NCBI GenBank assembly: GCA_964415965.1
Contig: CAYQCK010000003.1
Location: 3,426 to 67,425 of the forward strand
Direction: 5' to 3'
DNA length: 64,000 bases
Origin: an uncultured Gammaproteobacteria bacterium
GTDB lineage: Bacteria > Patescibacteriota > Patescibacteriia > 2-12-FULL-60-25
The notes below the pieces were generated by a model. That model was given only the letters and a program-made list of their open reading frames with translations. It did no database searches and had not been told where the DNA came from. Both the position numbers and the translations under genes were made by a program. Below, one piece after another: positions 19,664 to 30,707 of this stretch (position 1 is its first letter; the number at the start of each line of letters is the position of its first letter).

Positions 19664-20497
19664 ATGAGAAAAACCTTCTTATCTTTCGGCCTCGCGCTGA
19701 CCGTCTGCGCGGCCGCCGGCTCGGCTTTGGCCGCGCCCCTGCCCCTTTTACCGGGCAAGACCATCCCTAAGTTACCCACCGCTACCGTCGAACCGATAAC
19801 GGTTCCGGTCAAGGGAGTCGAAGTGACCATCGACCCCTCCCTCTTGCCCGACCTTTCGACCGCCACCACTTCCGGTGGTCCGGTCCAAATCGACCCGGAC
19901 AAGCTTGGCCTGCTCAAACCGTTGCCGCTCGGCGACTTCGTCATCCCGCCAGAGCTCCTGAAAGGACCGCAGATTTCGGCCATCGCGCTCTCGACCGACG
20001 GCAAGCTCCTGCAGGTCTCGTGGACGACGGACAAATCCGCAACCAGCAAGGTCGAATATGGCTCCAATGACACATATGGCAAACTGCTCGAAGACAAGAC
20101 CAAGGCGACCCAGCACAGCCTGCTGATCCCGGTCGCTCCCGGTGAGCTGCACCTGCGCATCTCGTCGAGCGATGCCCTGGGCAAGACCTCCCAATCCGAA
20201 GACATCGCCGTCACCGTCCCGGACATGACGACAGTCGCCCCCGGAACCGCGACCACGACCGATGCCGCCGTGACCACGACCGAGGAAGAAAAGACCGAGG
20301 TCAAAGAGGAGGATACGGCCAAACCCGAAGACAAGCCTTCGGTCAAAGTCGAGCCACCCATGGTCCAGGTCCAAACCGGCCCCTCGACCATGACCCTGGT
20401 CGGCGGTGCCGTCGCCCTCATAATCATCGGCGTATTGGTCGGCGCACTCATCGGCCGCGGGAAGAAAACGTCGGAACCCAAGACAGAACAAAAATAA
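19664..20497 (+). CDS. secreted Fn3-like protein with signal peptide and C-terminal TM anchor
   Basis: Signal peptide MRKTFLSFGLALTVCAAAGSALAAP. Fn3-like block (ISAIALSTDGKLLQVSWTTDKSATSKVEYGSNDTYG). Thr/Glu-rich linker, then C-terminal TM (LVGGAVALIIIGVLVGALIG) followed by a basic tail. Confidence 0.6.
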   Translation: MRKTFLSFGLALTVCAAAGSALAAPLPLLPGKTIPKLPTATVEPITVPVKGVEVTIDPSLLPDLSTATTSGGPVQIDPDKLGLLKPLPLGDFVIPPELLKGPQISAIALSTDGKLLQVSWTTDKSATSKVEYGSNDTYGKLLEDKTKATQHSLLIPVAPGELHLRISSSDALGKTSQSEDIAVTVPDMTTVAPGTATTTDAAVTTTEEEKTEVKEEDTAKPEDKPSVKVEPPMVQVQTGPSTMTLVGGAVALIIIGVLVGALIGRGKKTSEPKTEQK

Positions 20498-20647
20498 CTG
20501 ACGCTGATGCGTTGAAAAACGGCCCTCAACCAGGGTCGTTTTTTGACGACGGCTTGATTTGCGATTTATGTCAAGTTATTGATAGTCATTTTTTTAGCTA
20601 TGTTGACTTATTTATTCAAAAAATGAATTTTTGCGTAAATCCACCCC

Positions 20648-20676
20648 TTGACAAAAGGGCTAAAATATGTTTTAAT
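20648..20676 (+). promoter_or_regulatory. candidate promoter (TTGACA-N17-TTTAAT) in an AT-rich island
   Basis: TTGACA at 20648-20653, a 17-nt spacer, and TTTAAT at 20671-20676, inside a ~150-bp AT-rich tract (20560-20700) in an otherwise ~64% GC region. AAGGAG SD lies 8 nt before the ATG at 20775. Confidence 0.35.
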
Positions 20677-20774
20677 ATCTTGTTCCTTCATAGGCCGTCT
20701 TTCGGCCCCGAATCCTCCCCGCGGCAAGGGTGCCGCCGGGAACCACCACCAACCGTTTGCAAGGAGAACGCGAA

Positions 20775-21833
20775 ATGAACGAGAACCGCATCGAAACCCT
20801 GAAGTCCGCCGTCGAAGCCATCGAGTCGTGCCGTAAGGCCGGCAAGGTGACTCTCGAGGGGATCAAGGCCGTGGCGGCCGCGATCTCCTTGGGCATCCGC
20901 CCGCCGGTCGTGCTCACCGGACGTCAGCCGCTCGTCTGCAAGGACGTGCGCGCCGTCCCGGGCAGCTGGCCGCACTTCGCCCAGGCCCTGTGCAACGCCG
21001 AGGTCCAGAAGCTGGACATGGCGAAGCTCGAGGCCGCGGTGAAGGCTGGCGACGAGACGGCCAAGAAGCGTCTCGGCTTCCTCCAGTACGTGCTGAACGC
21101 GGTGCACGGAGCTCTCCTGAGCTCCCTGCGGCAAAGCGTAGCGCAGAAGGAGGAGGCGGAGGCCGTGGCCAAGCGCCAGGCCGCCAACGCCAAGGCCGAG
21201 GCCGACCGCCGCGCCCGCGAAGCAGCCGACGCCAAGCGCCGCGCCGAACGCGAGGCCCGCAAGGCCGAGCAGAAGGCGGCGCATGACGCCATCCTCGCTG
21301 CCGCGCACGGAGCGACCGCCGCGCCGGAAACGGTGCAGCCCGGCCAGCGCGACCGGCATCCCCGCCTGACCCTCGAGCGCGTCCGCATCCTCCTGGACAA
21401 GGAGTCGCGGAAGCGTGGCGAGGAGCAGGACGTGGATCCGAGCGAGGCCAAGCTGTTGGCGGCGCGCTTCGTCTTCGGACTGGTCTTGAAGACGGAAGCC
21501 GAAGGGAAGCACACCCCGGAAGAGATCGCGGTCATGAAGGCCGAGGTCAAGTCCCTGGTGGCTACCGTGAGGCTCCCGGCCTGCAAGAACCTGGCCGAGG
21601 CGCAGCGCGAGGCCGACGCCTGGGCAGCTCGTGCGGAGTCCTTCGCGCGACGGCAGAACGCGGCTCCCCAGCCTGCGCCTGCCCCCGCGGAAGGATCCGT
21701 TCCTGCCCGGCAGCCGAGGCCCGAGCGCCGCGGCCAGCCCAAGCCCGCCCCGGATGGCCACATCCAGGGAGCCAACGTGATGGAGATCGCGATGGCGAAG
21801 GCTGGGCTCGTCGGCAAGGCGGCCAACGGCTGA
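20775..21833 (+). CDS. hypothetical coiled-coil protein with a Lys/Arg/Ala/Glu-rich repeat region
   Basis: Strong SD (AAGGAG). The central region (AKRQAANAKAEADRRAREAADAKRRAEREARKAEQKAA) is charged alpha-helical low complexity. Confidence 0.55.
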   Translation: MNENRIETLKSAVEAIESCRKAGKVTLEGIKAVAAAISLGIRPPVVLTGRQPLVCKDVRAVPGSWPHFAQALCNAEVQKLDMAKLEAAVKAGDETAKKRLGFLQYVLNAVHGALLSSLRQSVAQKEEAEAVAKRQAANAKAEADRRAREAADAKRRAEREARKAEQKAAHDAILAAAHGATAAPETVQPGQRDRHPRLTLERVRILLDKESRKRGEEQDVDPSEAKLLAARFVFGLVLKTEAEGKHTPEEIAVMKAEVKSLVATVRLPACKNLAEAQREADAWAARAESFARRQNAAPQPAPAPAEGSVPARQPRPERRGQPKPAPDGHIQGANVMEIAMAKAGLVGKAANG

Positions 21834-21914
21834 ACCCCGGGGGACGTCCGACGTCTCCCACCCACCTCTTCAACTGACCGTTGCTCTACTCAAGCATCGG
21901 TCAGTTTTCTTTTT

Positions 21915-21948
21915 ATGCAAAAAAACCAGGGCGCATGACAATGCGCCC
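21915..21948 (-). terminator. rho-independent terminator abutting the rsmA stop codon
   Basis: The reverse strand reads GGGCGCATtgtcATGCGCCC followed by TGGTTTTTTTGC. Confidence 0.55.
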
Positions 21949-22776
21949 CTACATTTCTGATGTTTTCGCCAGCCGCGCCCAATCATCCGGCGACAAATCC
22001 TCGGCACGCGCTTTTTCATCAATTCCCAAATCACGTAGGGGCGAATAATCATTCGCCCGCACCAACCCAAGGTTCGACGACAACAATTTCCTCGGATGAG
22101 CGAATCCTTTCTTCGCTACCTCCATTATCTTCTCCGGATTGATGCCCCATTTCTTTTCCCGCTCGGCCAAAGGCATGGGGACAATCTGCAGGACCACGGA
22201 TTCGACTTTCGGCGGCGGGTAGAAACACCCGGCCGGCACGCGCCTGACGATGCGCGCCGACTCCGCAGACAGGGCGACCATAAGCGACAGCAAAGATGTC
22301 TTGCTCTTCTTGATTTTCGGGTCCGCGACCTCGACAGCCCTCTCCCCGACCTCGCGCTGGACCAGCACGACCAGGTTCTCCGGCGGCTTCGGCGCCCACA
22401 GCGCCTTGCGCAACGCCAACGACGTTATCGAATAAGGCAGGTTGGCCACGAACTTCCACGTCCGCTCCCCGATGAGTTCATGCCAATGGATTTCCGCGGC
22501 GTCGCCGTACACGATTTCGGCATCCACCGATTTGAGATATTCCACCATCCTCCGGTCCTGCTCGATGGCCGTGACTTCCGCGCCACGCGCCAGGAGCTCT
22601 TTGGTCAGGACGCCCAAACCCGGTCCGACTTCCAGGACGAAATCGCCGGGCTTGATGGCCGCCGCATCCACGATGGACCCCAGGACGGCCTGGTCGATGA
22701 GGAAGTGTTGCCCCAGGCTTTTGTTTGCCCGGCCGCCCATCCCGGCAAGCACCTGCTTGATTTCGGTCGGTTTCAT
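21949..22776 (-). CDS. rsmA: 16S rRNA (adenine1518/1519-N6)-dimethyltransferase
   Basis: KsgA signature LGQHFLID and SAM motif VLEVGPGLGVLT. 275 aa. Confidence 0.9.
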   Translation of the reverse strand: MKPTEIKQVLAGMGGRANKSLGQHFLIDQAVLGSIVDAAAIKPGDFVLEVGPGLGVLTKELLARGAEVTAIEQDRRMVEYLKSVDAEIVYGDAAEIHWHELIGERTWKFVANLPYSITSLALRKALWAPKPPENLVVLVQREVGERAVEVADPKIKKSKTSLLSLMVALSAESARIVRRVPAGCFYPPPKVESVVLQIVPMPLAEREKKWGINPEKIMEVAKKGFAHPRKLLSSNLGLVRANDYSPLRDLGIDEKARAEDLSPDDWARLAKTSEM

Positions 22777-22884
22777 GAGCCAATTACATCACGGCGAGCC
22801 GGATGCTACAATCCGCACCCAGACGGACGAGGCTGAACCGGAAATTAAAACGTCCCGGGGAGCGAGCGCTCTCCGGGACTTGTT

Positions 22885-23511
22885 TCAGCGGGTGCCGAAC
22901 TGGCGGTGGCCGGCGTCGCCGCACCCCGGCACGATGTAGCCGTTGTCGTCCAGCATCTCGTCGATGGAGGCGAGATACATCTGGACGTCGGGATGCGCCT
23001 TCGCCAGGCGCTTGACGCCGTCCGGCGCGGCGATTAGGCCGATGAACTTGATGCGCGTGGCGCCCCACTTCTTGAGGATGTCTACCGCCACGACCGCGGA
23101 ACCGCCGGTCGCCAACATGGGGTCGAGCACCAGGCAGACCTCGACGGTCAGCGACAGGGGCAGCTGTTTGTAGTACTCGACCGGTTCCAACGTCTCCTCG
23201 TCGCGGCGCAAGCCGATGTGCCAAACCTGGGCGTCCGGGATGAGTTTCTGGATGCCCTCCTCCATCCCGATGCCGGCCCGCAGGATCGGGAAGAGCCCAA
23301 TCTTGCCCTTAAGGTCCCAGCCGAGCATCGGCGCGAGCGGCGTCTCGACCGGCCGGCGGGATAGCTCGAGATCCGCGCAGGCCTCGTAGGCCAGCAGCAC
23401 GGAGATTTCCGCGACCAGTTCGCGGAATATCTTCGGCGGCGTCGCCTTGTCGCGCAGCAGGGTCTGCTTGTATTTGACCAACGGATGGTCGGAAATATGG
23501 ACTTGCCCCAC
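22885..23511 (-). CDS. upp: uracil phosphoribosyltransferase
   Basis: 208 aa. UPRT motifs (ILRAGIGMEEG; LVLDPMLATGGS; YIVPGCGDAGHRQFGT). Confidence 0.9.
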   Translation of the reverse strand: MGQVHISDHPLVKYKQTLLRDKATPPKIFRELVAEISVLLAYEACADLELSRRPVETPLAPMLGWDLKGKIGLFPILRAGIGMEEGIQKLIPDAQVWHIGLRRDEETLEPVEYYKQLPLSLTVEVCLVLDPMLATGGSAVVAVDILKKWGATRIKFIGLIAAPDGVKRLAKAHPDVQMYLASIDEMLDDNGYIVPGCGDAGHRQFGTR

Positions 23512-23541
23512 GTTCGCCTCCCCTCGCGGTTGAATGTGCGC

Positions 23542-24207
23542 CTAGTTTTTACGCCGGCCCGCCGACCGAGTCAAGCCGAGGTGAATCGCGCCCTGCCGCA
23601 ATATCTCCACCCCGCCATCATCCGAGACGCGCGCTACGGTAGACGGTTTGCGCCGCGGCAAGGAACCGGCGTCGATGGCCATGTCCGGACAGTCCGCTGC
23701 TCCAGCGAACACCCTGTACACCGCCCGGCCGGATCGGCAATCCGGTTCGCCGGAACGGTTGGCTGAAGTCGAAACGATGGGCCGGCCGAACACCCGACAA
23801 ACTTCCCGGACGAAAACGGACGACGACACGCGGATGGCGACCTCACCCCGCGGGGCGACGGCTTTCGGTAGGTACGCCTGGCCATTCGTTTTGGCCGGCA
23901 GCACCAGCGTCAGCGGCCCAGGCCAATGCTTCTTCATGACCCCGCGTACGGGCGCATGGTCATGCGACCCGACATCGGCTACCTTCTTCACTTGCCGCAC
24001 ATCCGCCGCGACCAACAACATCGGCTTCTTCTTGTCGCGACCCTTCATCCTGAAAATCCTGGCGAGCGCCTTCGCGTTCCGCGGGTCGCAGCCCAAGCCA
24101 TAGGTCGTCTCGGTCGGGTATGCGATGACCCCGCCGCGCCGCAAGACCGAAACCGCGGCTTGCACCGCGGCCTTGAGGTTCTTGGGACTTGTCTTCAAGA
24201 CAATCAT
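23542..24207 (-). CDS. tsaC: L-threonylcarbamoyladenylate synthase (YrdC/TsaC family)
   Basis: The AYPTETTYGLGCDP motif is characteristic of YrdC/Sua5. 221 aa. Confidence 0.85.
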   Translation of the reverse strand: MIVLKTSPKNLKAAVQAAVSVLRRGGVIAYPTETTYGLGCDPRNAKALARIFRMKGRDKKKPMLLVAADVRQVKKVADVGSHDHAPVRGVMKKHWPGPLTLVLPAKTNGQAYLPKAVAPRGEVAIRVSSSVFVREVCRVFGRPIVSTSANRSGEPDCRSGRAVYRVFAGAADCPDMAIDAGSLPRRKPSTVARVSDDGGVEILRQGAIHLGLTRSAGRRKN

Positions 24208-25130
24208 CGGTTCTTCTTAAACCATTCTGCCGTCTTGCGCAACCCGTCCTGGAGCGCGACTTTGGGCTTCCATTTGAGCTCGCGGCGCAGCTTGGAGGAA
24301 TCCAAGGCGCTACGTTTGGGCGCCCCGACATCGGCCGGTCCGCGGACCGGATTCCGGGCATAGCCCGTCAATCCGGCAAGTCCGACGAATAATTCGTTGA
24401 CCGATGTCTCGCGGCCCGTGCCCACATGGTACGGCCCGTTCAGCCGCTTGGCGTCCAAGCCTTTAAGCAGCGCCGCAACCACGTCGCCGACATAGACGTA
24501 ATCCCGAGTCTGTTTGCCTGTGCCGTTCACCCTGACCGGCTCGTCGGCCAACATGCGTTTGCAGAAGATGGCGATGACTCCGGCTTCGCCATGCGGATTC
24601 TGGCGCGGGCCGTAGACGTTGGCGAAGCGGAACGAGCCGAACGGCAGGCCGCGCGCCGCCTGGAAGAACGCGCCGTAATGTTCGGCCGCGACCTTGGCGA
24701 TGGCATAGGGCGACTGCGGGGCGGCCACATGCTTCTCGTCCGTCGGCAACCGGACTTTCTCCGAAGACAGTGCGCCGCCCGTCCCGGCGAAGATGAACTT
24801 CCCGACCCCGGCTTCAGCCGCCGCTTCCATGAGCTTCAGGGTCGCCATGACGTTGTTCTCGGCGTCGAGTACCGGATCCTTTACCGACACCGGCACGCTC
24901 GCCTGCGCCGCCAGATGGAACACGACGTCCGGCTTGGTCTTGAGGATGAGCCTGGCCGCCGCGGATCCGCGGATGTCGAGCTTCATGAATTCGGCCTTGG
25001 GGTTCAGGTTGGCGCGCGAACCGGTCGAGAGGTCATCGATGACGGTTACGCGATATCCGCGCTTCACCAAAGCATCGACGAGATGCGACCCGATGAACCC
25101 TGCGCCTCCGGTCACGATAGCTGTTTTCAT
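24204..25130 (-). CDS. NAD-dependent sugar epimerase/dehydratase (GalE-like SDR)
   Basis: TGGAGFIGSHLV Rossmann motif and YxxxK (YAIAKVAAE). 308 aa. Overlaps the tsaC start by 4 nt. Confidence 0.85.
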   Translation of the reverse strand: MKTAIVTGGAGFIGSHLVDALVKRGYRVTVIDDLSTGSRANLNPKAEFMKLDIRGSAAARLILKTKPDVVFHLAAQASVPVSVKDPVLDAENNVMATLKLMEAAAEAGVGKFIFAGTGGALSSEKVRLPTDEKHVAAPQSPYAIAKVAAEHYGAFFQAARGLPFGSFRFANVYGPRQNPHGEAGVIAIFCKRMLADEPVRVNGTGKQTRDYVYVGDVVAALLKGLDAKRLNGPYHVGTGRETSVNELFVGLAGLTGYARNPVRGPADVGAPKRSALDSSKLRRELKWKPKVALQDGLRKTAEWFKKNR

Positions 25131-25213
25131 ATGGGCATATGATAACGGAAATCACGGGATAAAAGAAAAGCCCCACATCCGTCGGTTGGATGCGGGGTGC
25201 GAGACGAGTCGTT

Positions 25214-25756
25214 TCAGCCTGTCGGATCAGGCTCGCGTTTCGGCCGTCCGCCGAACGTCAGGGCCAGCCCGGCGGCCGCGATAGCCATGCCGATGTAGTG
25301 GATAGCGTTTATCCGCTCGAGTTCCGAGCGGGTCTCGGCCCTTTGGGCTTCGAACACGGGCCCCTCGGCCACGAACGTCGGATCGCGTTCGGCCGCCTCG
25401 ACGCGCAGGACGAGCGACCGCAGCATCGCGACATGCAACGCCATGAGCAGGATTCCCCCGGCCATCACGCCGACGGGCAGGTATTTCCTCACCGCCGGCC
25501 GAGCATCGGACGCCTTCGGCTCTTCGGACTCCGCCTTCCGGAGCATCCCGTTCGCGAAAAGCAAGATTCCGATACCGATTGCGCCCGCCCCCATGGGCAC
25601 GGCGTAGGATGAGGCCAAGGCGTTGCCGCCGGCATCCGCGTATGCGTCCGGATCCGCCCCTTGCCGATAAAGATCAGCGACTACGAACAGATGGGCCACG
25701 ATGAGCATCGCGCCCGTCATGGACAAGACCAATCCGAGCCCTCTCCTGTTATCCAT
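25214..25756 (-). CDS. hypothetical membrane protein (4 predicted TM helices)
   Basis: Start at MDNRRGLGLV. Alternating hydrophobic segments. Confidence 0.45.
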   Translation of the reverse strand: MDNRRGLGLVLSMTGAMLIVAHLFVVADLYRQGADPDAYADAGGNALASSYAVPMGAGAIGIGILLFANGMLRKAESEEPKASDARPAVRKYLPVGVMAGGILLMALHVAMLRSLVLRVEAAERDPTFVAEGPVFEAQRAETRSELERINAIHYIGMAIAAAGLALTFGGRPKREPDPTG

Positions 25757-25834
25757 TCTCACCTCCAAGGTACGGGGGTAAATAAACAAAAAACGCCCAT
25801 TTTGTCAATGGACGCTCCTGGTTCGGCGACCGGC

Positions 25835-26965
25835 TTATTCCTTATTCAACTCCGCCCTGAAATCTCCTGGTTTGATTCCTTGCCGGAGCTCGGCTTCGAC
25901 GAACGCCTCGAGGTCGCCATCCAAAACCGCGTCCGTGTCCGACGTCTCATGGCCGGTGCGCAAATCCTTGACCATGTGGTACGGATGCAGGACATACGAG
26001 CGGATCTGACTCCCCCACTCGGCGCTGTGGAACTCACCGCGCAATTCCTTCTTCTCTTTCTGCAGCTCCTCCTCCTTCAGCAGAAGCAGGCGCGATTTCA
26101 AAACCTTCATCGCCGTCTCGCGGTTCTGGGTCTGCGACCGCTCGTTCTGGCACGAGACGATGATGCCGGTCGGGATATGGACGATGCGCACGGCCGAATA
26201 GGTCGTGTTCACCGACTGCCCGCCTTTGCCACCTGAGGTGAAGGTGTCGATGCGCAAGTCTTCGGGTTTGATTTCGATGTTCACGTCCTCGTCTACTTCC
26301 GGGATTACTTCGACCAAGGCAAAAGACGTCTGGCGCAGACTGTCGGCATTAAACGGCGAGAGGCGGACCAGACGGTGGACCCCTGCCTCGCCTTTTAGGT
26401 AGCCGTAGGCATAACGGCCTTCCACGAAGAACGTGGCGGATTTGATGCCCGCCTCGGTGCCGCGGCTCTCGTCGACGAGCCTGACCTTGAAGCCTTTGCG
26501 TTCGGCGTAGCGGAAATACATGCGCATCAGCATCTCGGCCCAATCCTGGGCATCGGTCCCGCCGGCGCCGGCATGGATGGACAGGACGCAGCTCGAGGCG
26601 TCGTGCGGCCCGCCGAGCAGCATCGAGAATTCCTGCGCGGAATAACGACCCTCCAGTTCCTTCAACCTGCTTTCGATGTCCTTTTCGAGGGATTCGTCGC
26701 CTTCGCTTTTCGCCAGCTCGGCCATCTCCTGCAGGTCCATCAAATCGGCGCGCAAGCCCGACCATCTCTCGACATCCTTCTTGAGGTCAGCCAGCTTCTG
26801 CGACTCGCGCCGCGCCCGCTCTTGGTCGCTCCAGAAATCCGGGGCCGAAACCTCCACTTCGAGCGCCGCGATTTCCTCCCGCACCGCATCCAAATCCAAA
26901 ACCTTCCAAGCCTCTTCGGTCTTGGCGCGCAGTTCCGCGATGCGGTTGAGCGAGTCTTGGATCAT
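25835..26965 (-). CDS. prfB: peptide chain release factor 2, encoded without a programmed frameshift
   Basis: SPF tripeptide (RLSPFNADS) and GGQ (GGKGGQSVN). 376-aa ORF continuous from MIQDSLNRIAEL. Confidence 0.9.
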   Translation of the reverse strand: MIQDSLNRIAELRAKTEEAWKVLDLDAVREEIAALEVEVSAPDFWSDQERARRESQKLADLKKDVERWSGLRADLMDLQEMAELAKSEGDESLEKDIESRLKELEGRYSAQEFSMLLGGPHDASSCVLSIHAGAGGTDAQDWAEMLMRMYFRYAERKGFKVRLVDESRGTEAGIKSATFFVEGRYAYGYLKGEAGVHRLVRLSPFNADSLRQTSFALVEVIPEVDEDVNIEIKPEDLRIDTFTSGGKGGQSVNTTYSAVRIVHIPTGIIVSCQNERSQTQNRETAMKVLKSRLLLLKEEELQKEKKELRGEFHSAEWGSQIRSYVLHPYHMVKDLRTGHETSDTDAVLDGDLEAFVEAELRQGIKPGDFRAELNKE

Positions 26966-27028
26966 GGTTTTACAATGGCACCCCGATGTTACTCGGGGTG
27001 CCGATTTATGGCAATGTTTGCAGGCTCC

Positions 27029-27382
27029 TTAGAACTTGACCATGCTCCGGTACTTGCCGATGACCGGCACCTCCCAGAACTCGCCCTGGATGGCCTTGAT
27101 CAAGCCGATGAGCGACAGGATGGACAGACCGATCATGCCCAGAGGCCAGATGATGAACCAACCGATGACCGGCAGCATGCCCAGGAGCCAAACGGCGATC
27201 CAGGCAGCGAACAGCACCGCGCCCTGCTTGCCGTGTTCCTGGGCGAAATTGGAGTCCTTCTTGGCCAAGAGCGGCACAAGGCACAGGATGCCGATGTAGC
27301 CGATGGCGGCGATGGCCTTATTGTCTTCGACGTCTTTCTTGTCAAACGACGGTTTGACCGAGGCTTTGAGTTCTTCTGACAT
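27029..27382 (-). CDS. small membrane protein (DUF4870-like)
   Basis: 117 aa. Two hydrophobic helices after an acidic N-terminus. Confidence 0.55.
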   Translation of the reverse strand: MSEELKASVKPSFDKKDVEDNKAIAAIGYIGILCLVPLLAKKDSNFAQEHGKQGAVLFAAWIAVWLLGMLPVIGWFIIWPLGMIGLSILSLIGLIKAIQGEFWEVPVIGKYRSMVKF

Positions 27383-27489
27383 AGTTTTGGTTAATGATTC
27401 TTGGCCGGAAGATTAGCACGCTTGCGCCGTTTTGTCACGCTTTGGACGCAAAAGCGGCCCGACTTCCGCCAGGCCGCCTGTTCTTGATC

Positions 27490-29417
<1,928 letters not shown>

Positions 29418-29468
29418 AGCGGCTGTGTAAATTAAGGATTATGTTGATTTTGGGGATAAAAACCGGCC

Positions 29469-29498
29469 GAAGTAGCATTCGACTGAATCGAGTGCTAA
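29469..29498 (-). promoter_or_regulatory. CIRCE-like HrcA operator upstream of groES
   Basis: The reverse strand reads TTAGCACTC-gattcagtc-GAATGCTAC, against the CIRCE consensus TTAGCACTC-N9-GAGTGCTAA. It lies about 55-80 nt upstream of the groES ATG. Confidence 0.55.
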
Positions 29499-29611
29499 TC
29501 CGACAGTGGTCTAAATATGCCAAATCCCGATGAAGTGCGTCAAGAGCCTAACATGCTGACGGGGATTGGCCTAACCCGCCCGGGTATCGACGCTTTGTCT
29601 TTTGGACCCGT

Positions 29612-30157
29612 ATGCCCTATCCTCCTGGCCATATGCTTTGGTGGTTGAAAAAATTGGCCAAAAATCCGGCCGTCATCGGCTCAGTCGCGCCCAGCGGCCC
29701 ATCCCTGTCGAATCTCATGACCAGAGGCATCAGGCCGGGCATGAAGGTCCTAGAGCTCGGTCCCGGCTCCGGCGCCATAACCGGACATATCCTGAAGAAA
29801 CTCAAGGATGCGGCCGGCCTTTCGCTCGTCGAATATGACCCCGACATGGCCGCCTTGTGCCGCAAGAGATTCCCGGGCGTCACGGTCCATCAAGGCGACG
29901 CCGAGAAGCTGCTCATGCAGGACACCGGATATTACGACGCCATCATCTCCGGAATCCCGTTCGCCGCCATGGACAAGGCCAAGCGACAGCGGGTCTTCGG
30001 CCATGTCCGCGACCGTTTGACCAATGGCGGCACGTTCGTCATGTTCCAATACTCGGTCACGACGTTGAACGAACTCAAATCCGTCTTCCGCGAGGTCAAG
30101 ACCGGTTTCACGCCCCTGAACATCCCGCCGGCCTTCGTGTTTTTCTGCAAAAAATAA
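29612..30157 (+). CDS. class I SAM-dependent methyltransferase
   Basis: Motif I VLELGPGSGAITGHIL and motif post-I LVEYDPDM. 181 aa. Confidence 0.7.
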   Translation: MPYPPGHMLWWLKKLAKNPAVIGSVAPSGPSLSNLMTRGIRPGMKVLELGPGSGAITGHILKKLKDAAGLSLVEYDPDMAALCRKRFPGVTVHQGDAEKLLMQDTGYYDAIISGIPFAAMDKAKRQRVFGHVRDRLTNGGTFVMFQYSVTTLNELKSVFREVKTGFTPLNIPPAFVFFCKK

Positions 30158-30184
30158 AGCGCGGGCTGGCTACCGCGCAGAGCG

Positions 30185-30565
30185 TCATTCGTCCTCGATG
30201 ATCCGGACGAGCCGGGTCGGTTTTCCGCATTCGTAGCAGAAGTTGTCCTGCGGCCTGTCGCGCCGGTTATGGTCGAAGGCGTCGCAGACGCGGACCATGC
30301 AAGGTTCGACCGACAGGTCGTCGCAGCGCATGATCTTGAGGCTGGTCAGCGCCTTGAATGTCCGGTGTTCCTGCTGGAGCAGACGGTACAGGCCGATCAA
30401 GGCGCTTTGCGAATGCACCAGGCTGACGCCGCGGCTGCGGACGCCGTCGACATACTCTATTTGCCACATGACGGCCACCGGAAGCTCTTCGATCTTCAGT
30501 TCTGGAGCCTGGGAATCGGCCTCGATCCGCGTGCTTCGTCCGACGGGTGGAATGGTTCTCGACAT
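30185..30565 (-). CDS. hypothetical protein with C-terminal zinc-ribbon (CxxC...CxxC)
   Basis: 126 aa. EPCMVRVCDAF...FCYECGKP. Lies immediately downstream of the MVP-like gene on the same strand. Confidence 0.5.
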   Translation of the reverse strand: MSRTIPPVGRSTRIEADSQAPELKIEELPVAVMWQIEYVDGVRSRGVSLVHSQSALIGLYRLLQQEHRTFKALTSLKIMRCDDLSVEPCMVRVCDAFDHNRRDRPQDNFCYECGKPTRLVRIIEDE

Positions 30566-30707
30566 CGTCTAGTCTCCCCCGCTTAAAGGTCCTAGCCAAG
30601 AGGTAACCATACCCCGAGCAATTGTCAATCCGACGATCCCGGGGCGGAAAGAAAAAACCCACCGACAGGACGCCGGTGGGATTCAGGTTGGCTAAGGAGC
30701 TTCGCCG

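Noticed and set aside
20688-21865. Two minus-strand ORFs of 357 and 313 aa
   Set aside because: Antisense to the SD-preceded coiled-coil protein gene at 20775-21833. Arg/Gly/Ala-rich.
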